From Octopus bimaculoides (taxonomy: Eukaryota), in NCBI RefSeq assembly GCF_001194135.2, contig NC_068984.1, positions 63,931,033 through 63,995,032 on the forward strand: a stretch of DNA of 64,000 bases, in the 5' to 3' direction. How positions within the stretch are numbered: position 1 is the stretch's first letter; each line of letters opens with the position of its first letter. Below the pieces are notes generated by a model. The model did no database searches, was not told the DNA's origin, and was given only the letters and a program-made list of their open reading frames with translations. Positions 52,912-64,000 of this stretch are shown piece after piece. Both the position numbers and the translations under genes were made by a program.

Positions 52912-53250
52912 TGGCGCAAGCGTAGCTGTGTGGCAAGAAGCCTGCTTCCCAACCACATTGTTCCGGTTCAGTCCCAATATATAACACCTTGTACGATAGC
53001 CTCGGCGACCAAAACCTTGTGGGTGGATATAGTAGACGGCAACTGAAAGACGCCTATCCTATATATGTGTGTATGTGTATGTATCTATACGTGTGTAAAT
53101 TGTATCTGTATATGTCCCCAACGAATGCTTGATGTGATTACATTCCCATAACTTAGCAAGTCGGCCAAAGCGACCGACAGATTAAGTACTGAGATTAAAA
53201 TAGAAAATCATGGGGTCGACTTGTTCAAGTAAAATACTTGAAGGCGCATC
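52912..53250 (+). mobile_element. SINE family A
   Basis: A/B boxes and body; preceded by one 18-bp head-like unit at 52900-52917. Confidence 0.8.
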
Positions 53251-53348
53251 AACAGAGACTTACATACAGCGAGACAAAAAGAGATATCTGTTCAAACTCC
53301 CGCAGTTAAGTCCTAAAGATTGTAATTAAATTACAATTGATTCTAAGA

Positions 53349-53542
53349 AGGCGAGTAAGGAGAATCGTTATCACGACGGGCAATAATGCTTAGAGGCATT
53401 TCCTCAGCCATACCTTCTGAGTTCAAATTCCTCTGCGGTCGACTTTACCTTTCTTCTTTTCGAGATTGATAAGGTAAATACCAGTTGAGCACTGGAGTCG
53501 ACAACTCCTCCAAAACTTGCCGGCCTTAGGCCAAAATTTGAT
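53349..53542 (+). mobile_element. SINE family B, diverged
   Basis: gagaatcgttatcac...gagttcaaattcc...ccagttgagcactggagtcg. Confidence 0.78.
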
Positions 53543-54059
53543 GTTCATCTACTTTAAATTCTTTGTGTGTGTGTGTGTGTGTGCTGTTGTTGTTGTTTTC
53601 TGGTAATGTTGCCGTGTATGTTCGCACTCAAAAGTTCAGAGGGAGCATTAGTCTAGCTAGTATAACTGATTTTAAAAAGCAGTGAGCTAGTTATGCACTA
53701 ATATATGGATAACTTTTCAGGATAATCTTTGTCATTCGGTATATGAAGAGAATAAACATTTACATACATACACATACACTTATGTTTGTAATCTGCATCG
53801 AGCTGTTGGGTTCCTTCGTCTTTTTCGTGCTTAACTTCGTTTCCATGGTGTATAATCAACTGAGAATACAATAATCGTCTTCTCTAAACAGAATTCCAGT
53901 GTGTTGCAAAGTTAACTACCAGAAGCCGTTGGTGGTCACTTTCAGACCACTGAAGGTGTATAACATGAAATGTATTTTAAAGAAGAACACGCCACAACTC
54001 TCTTCCTGGTAATTGTAGCAAATACCAAAGAATTTTGAATCTAAAGATTTTTATATTTA

Positions 54060-54450
54060 CTAGCTTCAGTCATTGCACTGTTCCTGCTGGAGTACCGCTT
54101 TGTAGAATTTAAATCGTACTATTTGATCTCTGTACATATATTTTAAAGTATCGTACTTATCCTGTTAGTCTCCCCTTACGAGTACGTAAACAAGGTGACA
54201 TCAGATGTTAAGCGGCTGCGAGGGACAGACACGAATACAAAGATACACACACACACATAGATCACGTAGATACAATTGTGCATATATATTCGATAGGTTT
54301 CTTTCAGTTTTCGTTTACCAAATCTACTCATAAGGCTTTGGTTGGTCCGGGTCAATAGCAGGAGACACTGGCATCAGGTGACATGCAATGGAACCACTAG
54401 GAACTAGGAACCACATAGATGGGAAGCAAACGTCTAAACACACAGCTACA
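54060..54450 (-). mobile_element. SINE family A, diverged
   Basis: tttcagttttcgtttaccaaatctactcataaggctttggttggtccgg and 3' body. Confidence 0.75.
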
Positions 54451-54535
54451 TACACACGCGCGCACACACAGAGACTCACACAAACAAACACATTCATATA
54501 TGTACACACACGCACACAAACATGCACATATATAT

Positions 54536-54624
<89 letters not shown>

Positions 54625-57148
54625 TGCTATTAAAGTTTTTCTAAGTATAGCTGAGCGGATTCTTTTCTTTCGAACGTGATCAACATGTTTATTTTTGAAG
54701 AGAGAGTTTATGCTTTTGTACGTCCAACAGATTATCAACAGTTACAGGCATTCAAATAATTTAATAACTTCTTTATTTCCGCTTGTTTTCCTAAAATTTC
54801 CCTAATTCGCGTAAGCATTTATTATGTTCGCAAGAAGGAAGTAGTGATAACAGCATTAAATCCCTACCATTCCTCTATAGTTGTCAGGATTATATTTTTC
54901 AATTTTTGTAACGCTTTTCCTCTAATTTGATATTCATTTTCATTTCTATCCAACAACCATAGTTGAAATATTGTCAGATTTTCAATGTAAACAAAAGTCG
55001 AAAATTGTATGGCTCATATTTCTTTTACTAATTGCATGCAACCTATAATATTCTCTCCTTATACGTACATAGATGGGGTATAGACTGTAATAATACCACA
55101 CGCTATATACACTGGTGGTAATTTAAGCTTCCATTATTTACCATTTCCAATATCCTCACTTTTAATCACACATTCAGAATAGATATTTGTTTATTAAATT
55201 TTAGATATGAAAGTGGTGTAAGAATTAAACCTGTTTACTTGTCTTGTCCTGTTTTATTTAGTGTAATTCTTAATATGTACAATGCTTAATATTTCGGAAA
55301 CTTATATGTTGATCTCATGACAAGTATTTTATTTGTATTATGAATACGATATTTAGTAAGTATCGTTCAATTTCTATTGTCATTATTGCATCGCATCAAG
55401 GAAGGAAAATGTGTAAGTAAACAATAGACAACAGATAATTTAATAGAATATTTCTAACGTTCCACAAATGTTGGAGTTCGTTTGAATTGAATTAATAGTA
55501 GCATAATTTCTGGAAATTGATTAAAATATCTTTGCTTATTCCCCATCATTGAATGCTCGTTGTAGTGTACAAAATGTGATTCCTAGAACCTCGTTATATG
55601 CACACATGTGCAGAGAAAATATAAGGAACTAAAACGGAAATTAAAGCATCAACCACATAACATCTTAATAGGTACACTAAGTGAAGCTATTAACAGCTGT
55701 ACATTTTTTATCGAATTTTGATCGATTTCTATAAGATATTTCGGATTATTTTTCCTGCTAATTTGTGGTATAATTCTTGGTACGTTTCTGGTCTACTTAA
55801 CGCATAGAAATCTATCATGCTCAATAATTTTCAAATCTAACATACCGTCCCAACAAAAAACTGGGCATATACTATTTAAACATAGACGTTTTATATAAAA
55901 TTTACTGTCATCTTATTGTCAAATATCGCCATTGATTTCATCAAGCTGAAATTAAAATGAAGATGCCAAGCTGGCATCCACTATGATTTCAGAAGTAAGC
56001 TATTTTATCACTGGATAAATTATTTCATTTGTGTTGATTGTCTCTTGTGTATGGTTTTCAAACTTTTCAGAACTCAGAATACATATAGGCAGGCCATTGC
56101 ACCCCAAAGGGAAATACTTAAAAATGAATTTGATAGATTTAGACAAATAAAATAGATATTAAGAATTAAATGTCCAAATATACGCGTATCTAAGGACACG
56201 TAGTTACCAGTACAGAGATTGAACTTTGTGCGAGAATTAGGAATTTGAGTTAAGATATGAACGTATGTTATACATCCTGATATAATTTCCCTGCTCCATT
56301 TAAAATCACATCGTATACATTTTTAGTTTTTAATCTATTTTCATTTTTCAGGCTAAGCAGAGTAAAATATTTTCTATCCTCATTACATTAACTAAGTAAA
56401 AAACTAAATCATGATTTAGTGATTGAAGTAATTTCCATGTAGTTAAACTCTGAGACTTTTCGGTTAATTCCATGTAGAAAATAATTTTATTCTATTTCGG
56501 AACATATGGAGATAAAGAAATTCTGTTGCTTCGTTGATCTATCTAGAAACGGTAACATGAGTTATCCAAATTATATCCACCAAATAAACAAATTAAATCA
56601 TATTCAATACACTAGCTAAAAGGATGGGAATTTAAACCAACCAGATACTAGTAATTAACTAAGACTTAGTCATTTCCATTATTCACCACATTCTAATGAC
56701 TACTTGTAAGTAAATGGCAGTGTCACACAATGCCAGTAATACATTATAGTCAAAAACTGTTTAGCACGCAATTTAATGCATTGCACTGCATGTTTGAGAA
56801 TCGTTGTTTTGTTGTTGTTTTTTTTTAAATATGACATTCATAAAAAAAGGAAAACAAAATTTTGTTCAATCTTTATTCATAATGTGTCGATAAATCTTTA
56901 TATTGTACTAAACGATTCCAGACAAGCTATTTAAGGCAGAGACACTTGTCAGCGACTCAAAAGAATGTAAATAAGTGATGCGAAAATTGAAATCATAGCC
57001 GTCATATATTTATGCNNNNNNNNNNNNNNNNNNNNNNNNNNNNNNNNNNNNNNNNNNNNNNNNNNNNNNNNNNNNNNNNNNNNNNNNNNNNNNNNNNNNN
57101 NNNNNNNNNNNNNNNNNNNNNNNNNNNNNNNNNNNNNNNNNNNNNNNN

Positions 57149-57199
<51 letters not shown>

Positions 57200-57336
57200 A
57201 CATGACAAGTGGTATTAGAATACCTAAAGTGCTAGAAATAAGAGCTAAAGTGCTCTGGTGCTGCAATAAACGCACATAATTGTATACATAAATACTGATA
57301 GCGTCTGTAAACGGTCGAAAGTGGGAGTCGTGATAT

Positions 57337-57387
57337 CTCTGTACTGTCGACGGTTTCGGCCCTCAAATTGAAGCCTCATCAGCAGAG
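57337..57387 (-). ncRNA. Type I hammerhead ribozyme (minimal, palindromic stem III)
   Basis: Minus strand: CUCUG-CUGAUGA-GGC(uucaauuugagg)GCC-GAAA-C CGUCGACA G-UA/CAGAG. Conserved core, stem I (5 bp) and stem II are intact; predicted GUA cleavage. Confidence 0.75.
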
Positions 57388-57716
57388 TCGGCACAACCCA
57401 CTAGGTTCCGGACGTGATCACCAGCTGTATATATGTCTACTCCATAGAAATCTATGGATGGTTTATCGAATCGCTAATGAGTATACAACTAATTAAATTA
57501 GGCAGTTGTTTATCAATGTATCATCAAATAGGAAAATTATAATTGTCATTAAATGCAACGGAAGATTTTAGAAAACCTACAATGCTAAAAATAAGAGCTA
57601 AATTCCTTTGATGCAGCCATCAACGCACAAAATTGTATAGATACGTACTAACAGCGACCGTAAATGGCCGAAAGTGACAGTCGTGATATCCCTGTGCCAT
57701 CGACGAGTAGTGCCGA

Positions 57717-57767
57717 CCCTGCTGATGAAACTTTGGTCTTAAAACCTAAACCGTCGATGGTACAGGG
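57717..57767 (+). ncRNA. Decayed second hammerhead copy
   Basis: CCCUG-CUGAUGA-(disrupted stem II)-UAAA-C CGUCGAUG G-UA/CAGGG; GAAA is mutated to UAAA. Confidence 0.55.
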
Positions 57768-58968
57768 ATATTACGGCTGACACATTCGACCGTTTACAGT
57801 CGCTGTGAATATGTATAAAATTATGTGCGTTGGCTACATCATCAGAGCACTTTACTTCTTATTTCTAGCATTGTTGGTGTTCAAACACCTTCTGTCATAT
57901 TTAATGAATATCAAAGCATTCCTTCTGGGTGATAAATTGCTAAAAAGCTGCCTAATTATATGCGTGTGTGTGCGAGCGGCTGCGTGGGAGTGTGTAATTA
58001 TGTGTAGATTTGCAAACTGTATTTTACGTAAAAATCTCGGTCTCTGATATGATAAAATTAGTTCACCTATTGGAAGCTACACACAATTATAATAATCTTA
58101 TTGATACTTTTCATTTCTGTCAATTTTTCTTTATCGTGCGAGTCTCAATATTTTCACAGCATTTAAACTCAAATAAATCACTAGTTAACTGTTATATAAC
58201 AGTAATACATAAGAGCACATTCTATTGAAGATTTTATCAGGGTTTCGGTTTAGCTGAGAACAACTCTGATCGAGCTGACCTATGTTCAAAATAAATCGGT
58301 TAGTGACAATATCTACATATTTTAAAATTTGAGACACCTTTCTTTATTCGTGTTTGTTCTTTAACACGGCAAGGTATGGTTCGAGACAGACTTCTTTACT
58401 TGTTTATAGCTTAAATACAAATACACAAGAGTGTTTATGTTAATAATCTTCGCATCATTGTAAATGTTGAACCACATTAAATAATTACCGAACTGTGACT
58501 TAATAGCAAATATCTTTCATTATAATTACAAGCAAATACAGTAAGTGTTATAATTTACAATTATAAGACAAAATAATCCTTCGGTGGGCATGTAATGAAT
58601 ACTTATGTATGTAGTTTCAGATCGTGAGCACAATTCTCATTATCAAATGAAATATAGAAAACAGATGCATAATGATATTTCCCAGAAAGCATACGTTACA
58701 TATATATATATCTACTTACACATGTGCGTGTACGCACGCACAAACTCACACACAGACATACAGAGGTTATGCGCGTGCTCAATCGTTTCGTACGTTGGAG
58801 TCTCAATCCTTCCAGCTGTCACATTCCCGATCTTGCTTTAGATGAAGGGCGAGAGTGCTAAGTGTGTGTCAATGCGTCTTCTTTACTACATATGCAAGCG
58901 CACATTAATAAATTAGCGAAATTGTATCATACTAGCAAGCGAGTAACGGTGATATACACATACATATG

Positions 58969-59011
<43 letters not shown>

Positions 59012-59434
59012 GAATATATACATACGTAAATATATATTCGTATGCACATATACATATTTGCATATATGCATTTTATTATACATACATATATATATATATA
59101 TAAATGTGTATATGTGTTTGTGTGTGCATAGATAGGAAAATTTGCGTGTATATGTACTTGTATGCGTCTATTCGAAATTCGTATTCTATGCCGCATTCAA
59201 ACTTAAGCACTGATTCATACGTTACACAGATACGTAAAAGCACCACTCAATATATGTAGAAGAATTCATAGGCAAGCAACATTTTATGTGTGTGTATTTT
59301 TGTGTTTGTGAGTGTGTATTGCGTGCTTTGTAAGCGTATGTCTTTGTGTGTGTGAGTTTATGCATTTACATGTATGTATACTATGTGAGTACTCGTATGT
59401 GTATTCATGTATGAGCATTCATGTGTGTTTGTTC

Positions 59435-59485
<51 letters not shown>

Positions 59486-60041
59486 AACACACATGCATAC
59501 ATACATACATACATACATACATATGTACATGCATACATACATATATACGAACACAACTTATATGAATATAGAAACTGTTCTCTACAATTGTGTATATATC
59601 TTTAGTTGAAGCAAATCAATATATCAGAGGTTGACTTGATGTATGACATCTACTACATAGTGGCTGCTATTATCGATCGGTAAATATCAGAGCATATTGT
59701 TAAGAGAGTGGGACGCGGCAAACACAGACGATCAATCTCTCCTCTTTTATATCATACATATTTTCCACTATGCATATTACCGCTTTGCTGATATTTCAAT
59801 TTCCTGCACCCACTATACAATTTATACGCACTGCATTCTTTCATTTTCTCCGGTCTTTTGTAAAATTCTTCATTTCAGCTCTCCATCTTATTCATTCGAA
59901 TTTTAGAAAATGTATCTCTCTTAGGTCTTAATTGTGTAGTGGGCCCAGTTTAGCTATTTCGGATATTACACCAAATAAATTTCACCATATAAAAATATGA
60001 AGAATATTTTAAAGAATCGTATCGCTCGCACAGTAAAAGGA

Positions 60042-60087
<46 letters not shown>

Positions 60088-62129
60088 TAAGAAATTGTTT
60101 TGAGAAATATACGGGAAAATCAATTAAAAGTAGACATATGATTATATTGCTTTTAGAGTGAGTGGTGTATGTTGGCCAAAGTATCAACGTTTCTTGTAAA
60201 TCTTCCTTATTAAAATAGTAGTGATCTAATATATTACATACAGTCATATGTTTAAAATATCTCTTTTAATCTACATGTCACTTTCACCTTCCTCTCTGAA
60301 TATATGACCCCTGTCATGTATTATGCATGTGCTTCCATTTACAGCAAAAATTATATATACCCATATAGATACAAGTGAGTATATAGGTATGCGTATGCAT
60401 ACATATATGTGTGTATTGGTGTATTTGTGTTTGTGCGTGTGTGTATATACGTTATGTACGCGCATAAAACGTACATATGTACTGGTTTATGATCGCAAAA
60501 ACTTTGAGTGGTTAGCGATTGGATGGTTACCCGGATGAAAGGAATTATGTTCCTGCCACAGTTAATCTCACTTCCATCAAATACTGAAAAGTTTGGTGAG
60601 CTCATGGATTCTAAAATAACAAAAACAAATGCTTCTCATAGCACAGAGGCATTAACACGCTGTTTGCATCTCGGTGAAACTGGGAACTATAAACTTTAAA
60701 ATCTACCTAGTTATTGTATACTGCTTTACTTCAATTATAACTTGTGCATCCAAACCACATAATCTTAAAACGTGGAAGCTCAAATCAAATCTAAATCAAT
60801 CGTGTCTACAACTACATTTGCATTATATTTCTCGTACAAATCATTAATAAAGAAAACTTTACTGATGGTATAATTTTATGTTTATGATTTAGAAAAACAG
60901 TAAGAATGGACACATTTATACAGCATGAAGTAAAATCTGGAATATTTGCCATACACATATACACGCACACAACCATGTATAATTACACATGAGTGCGTAT
61001 TTTCGTGTGTATATGTGCATGCATGCATGTTTGCGTGTTTGATATAAATGGTGAAGGTAAATCATCAAACAGCATAGGAAATGACTCAATACTTAAATAT
61101 GATAACACTGTTATGATACAACTTTTATTCCTTTTCTATCGAATAGTTCTTCCTTTCTGACTTTGACATGGCGCAAGCAAGAATAACTCTTAATATTCTC
61201 AGTTCACTTTTCCTTGAAAACAAACTGTCTCCGAACTCTGAACGAATGAAGACGTGCACTATATATATAATCGTTGCTAAGAATCTTCTGGACTTTGCCT
61301 TTTATAACCTGATTTTGACAGTGACATCTATTGTGCACTTAGATTTCATTCAAAAGTTCGGAAACCAGGCAGAAGAATTTTGCAAACAATACACCATATT
61401 ATTTCATTTGACATTTTCTAATTTTATATTTTACAAACAATGCTGCAAAATGTCAGTTTAATAAACGTAATTGATAACTCTTTCAAGATAGTGAGAAAAT
61501 ATGCTACATTACATGTTTTAGAAAACAAAACGCCTCCAGATTAATATTTTACAATATATTTCATTTACTCTCAAATACATGCATGTATATATATAAAGTA
61601 TGATAGTTCAGGTATTACATTTGATATATCTAATTTGTTTATCCGCATAATTGCATCTATACCTGCTCAACTTGGTCGCTCTTACAGCCTTTCTTTACCA
61701 AGTGAAATCGCCCCTTGTAAAGATATCGGAGTGTAAGTTTGAATCTTTTGAGCACTACTAAATATTTTCTATACGGAGAATCTCCGGATCTCATCTGTGC
61801 ACTAACATTCAAGAGAATAATTACACAGGTTTACCGAACCTTTTTTGTTTTGTTTTTTTTTTGTTTTTTTTTTGATCTGAGGAAAGGATGTGAATGGGTG
61901 ATTTTACTAATTTTAATGTGATAAAGTCAATTTTCTGAACAGTTTTGCTCGAGCATTTTTGCTTTTACATATCCAATTTTAATTATACTGCATGTGAATT
62001 CAAGATATAATGTTTTTATTTCATCTACTACAAAGACTTATAGCAGAAAAAAAGAAACAGCATAGATACAAAACATTGAGGGAACTAAATTACTTGGATA
62101 ACACAATACACACAAATCATAATACAGCA

Positions 62130-62890
62130 TACAGAAGTGGGTTTCTTTTGACGATCTTGTCTACTTTGCCTCCGAGATGTCGCTCAAATGCATCCAGCAA
62201 AAGTCCCCCATCATGCTGGGGTTCTACTTGCCTTGGTAGTTGCTTTCCATCTAAATAATATCTAGGTGAAACCTTTCTCCATGCTCATCACTCACTGCTC
62301 CGAGGTTCGGATGGAAGAAGTTGAGATAGGAGTGGAGAAAGTGAATTTTGAGTGACAATCGGCATCCCATATCCTCATAAGAGTGTAACAACTTCTCGAC
62401 ATACTCTTGGTATCTAGCACCCATTTGTTACCAGGGAAGACATGATAGACTGACTTAAATGCTTCCCATGCTCTCAGTTCCTTTAAGGTAAGAAGCTCCT
62501 CAAAGTCCTTATCCTTCAGAACCTCTCGGATCTGAGATCCGACAAAGATGCCCTCCTTGAGCTTAGCAGAACTGAAAGCTGGGAACAGTGTGCACAAGTG
62601 TTGGAAAGCAGCGACATATTTGTCCATGACCATCACGAAATTCTTCAGAAAAGAACGAAGAAACACCTTGTTCATGTCCACCAGAGGATTTTCTTGGAAA
62701 CTGTTCACCAGGGACATAAGAACTTCTAGATCCCTAGGCCTTCTGCTTATAGTGCTTGGACACAGCCCGACTGTCTCGAGACAGAGAAAGCAACAGTACT
62801 TTGTGAAGTACATCATGGTACCGGTATAATTACCTATGTTAACCCTGTTTATTCCTACGGAATAACTCCCTTTCTTGTCTACTAATTTCA
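62130..62890 (-). mobile_element. Chapaev3-like (CMC) transposase C-terminal fragment
   Basis: LKNFV..MDK, SAKLKEGIFVGSQIR, ELRAWEAFK, then frameshifted MGCRLSLKIHFLHSYLNFFHPNLGAVSDEHGERFH. The superfamily name is from recall of these motifs. Confidence 0.65.
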
Positions 62891-63771
62891 CACTCCTACT
62901 TTATAAAGCTTTCAGACCATCTACCCCACCCCAACCGTCTTAATTCCTAATTGTCCAAATAGATACGTGTCTATGTTTTAATGATGCTGCTGGCATTGTT
63001 CATTCCCTCGCGTTGTACTTGTTTGCATGTTTGTTTGTTTTTTATATATGATGTCTTAAGCGTTTTGGAGTCCCTTACAACACATATCAGATTTCCATAC
63101 TTTTATTATTTATTTATTTATTTATTTATTTATATCAACCCGTATAACTATTTGAATTGCTTAACCTTTGTTTTTAAATTTAACTGACCAATTATATCGA
63201 ACACTGGACCTTGGTCAATCCCAGTACGGGCAATAGGTGATTGAACTTTATCACATATTAGTATGTAAATAATTAAAATTAATTGTTGGGCAATTTACTA
63301 TGATAAAAACTTAATAATTAGTGCTATGAACATAACTAATAACTATTATGATTGCTTCAAAACTTTATGGTATCTTCACTCCCTCTGACTAAACCTATTG
63401 GCGTATCCCGTTATTGTAATTTTTTATTTTTACTTCTTTTATTACCTATCCATCCTATTACCCCCACAGGAAAAACTAACCCACCAATTGCTATTTTAAT
63501 TTTAGTCATTTACTCAATGTCCCAAACAAACACATAAGCAAAATGGCATGATTTAAACATATCCAGCCTTCCTTTTCCTCTCCAGGCTATTAATTATTTA
63601 TGTATGCATTTTTCTTCACTCTGATGAAACTCCATGTTCCAAATCGGTTTTATTACCAAATATAATGAATATTATTTTCAGCATATCATATATGACCCAC
63701 ATACATGTATGCATGCATACATACATACATACATACATATATACAGACATGCATACATATATGACTCACAT

Positions 63772-64000
63772 ATATTATTATTATTATTATTATTATTATT
63801 TTATGTTTGACTTTTGTTTTGCATTTGTACAAGTTGGATCCAAGTCTCACCCAGAGACCTCAAGAGACAACAAGTTAGAAGTTCATGTAGGTGTTATGCC
63901 TAGGGTACCATATATTTGTATTTGTACAGTTTTGTTCAAGTGAATGTTTAAGAAACCATAAGAAAATTATGTGTTTGCTTTAAAATTTGAGATCACATAG
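63772..64000 (-). mobile_element. Probable 3' UTR and (TAA)n tail of an R4/Dong-like LINE, running off the window
   Basis: The reverse complement starts CT ATG TGA (end of ORF), has gaggtctctgggtgagacttgg, and ends in aaaataataataat... Confidence 0.55.

Larger units (their letters stand above)
57216..57880. mobile_element. Triplicated direct/inverted ~140-180-bp unit (Penelope pLTR or retrozyme-like)
   Basis: 57216-57395 and 57569-57706 are direct copies (offset 353 bp); 57710-57880 is an inverted copy forming a hairpin with 57569-57706. Confidence 0.65.

Noticed and set aside
1196-60700. Numerous track ORFs rich in YI/CV/HT/LS or X
   Set aside because: They are translations of dinucleotide microsatellites and N-gaps.
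1-64000. CRISPR arrays, rRNA or bona fide tRNA genes
   Set aside because: None seen; tRNA-like A/B boxes occur only in SINE heads, and the tandem repeats lack unique spacers.

Overview
AT-rich eukaryotic DNA with many microsatellites and N-gaps that mostly abut (TA)n tracts. The repeat content, two abundant tRNA-headed SINE families, looks like an octopod (Octopus) short-read assembly; this is inferred from repeat sequences, not proven. Most ORFs in the supplied track are microsatellite, gap or antisense artefacts. Recognisable content is mainly decayed mobile DNA: about 18 SINE copies, an RTE/BovB-like LINE with a 579-codon RT ORF, R4/Dong-like LINE pieces next to (TAA)n, four mariner relics (one with both TIRs), a Chapaev3-like transposase fragment and a Penelope-like endonuclease end. 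Two non-obvious signals stand out. (1) A phase-consistent three-exon model at 35660-38460 (+) encodes a ~66-aa secreted-looking peptide with six cysteines (C-C-C-CC-C); its start codon is one base out of frame in a G5 run. (2) A complete type I hammerhead ribozyme at 57337-57387 (-) has a palindromic stem III and shows stem I covariation with a second, decayed copy, inside an inverted-repeat structure. Possible decayed GPCR fragments at 42.6-47.2 kb (-) are low confidence. All calls were made by eye; no searches were run.
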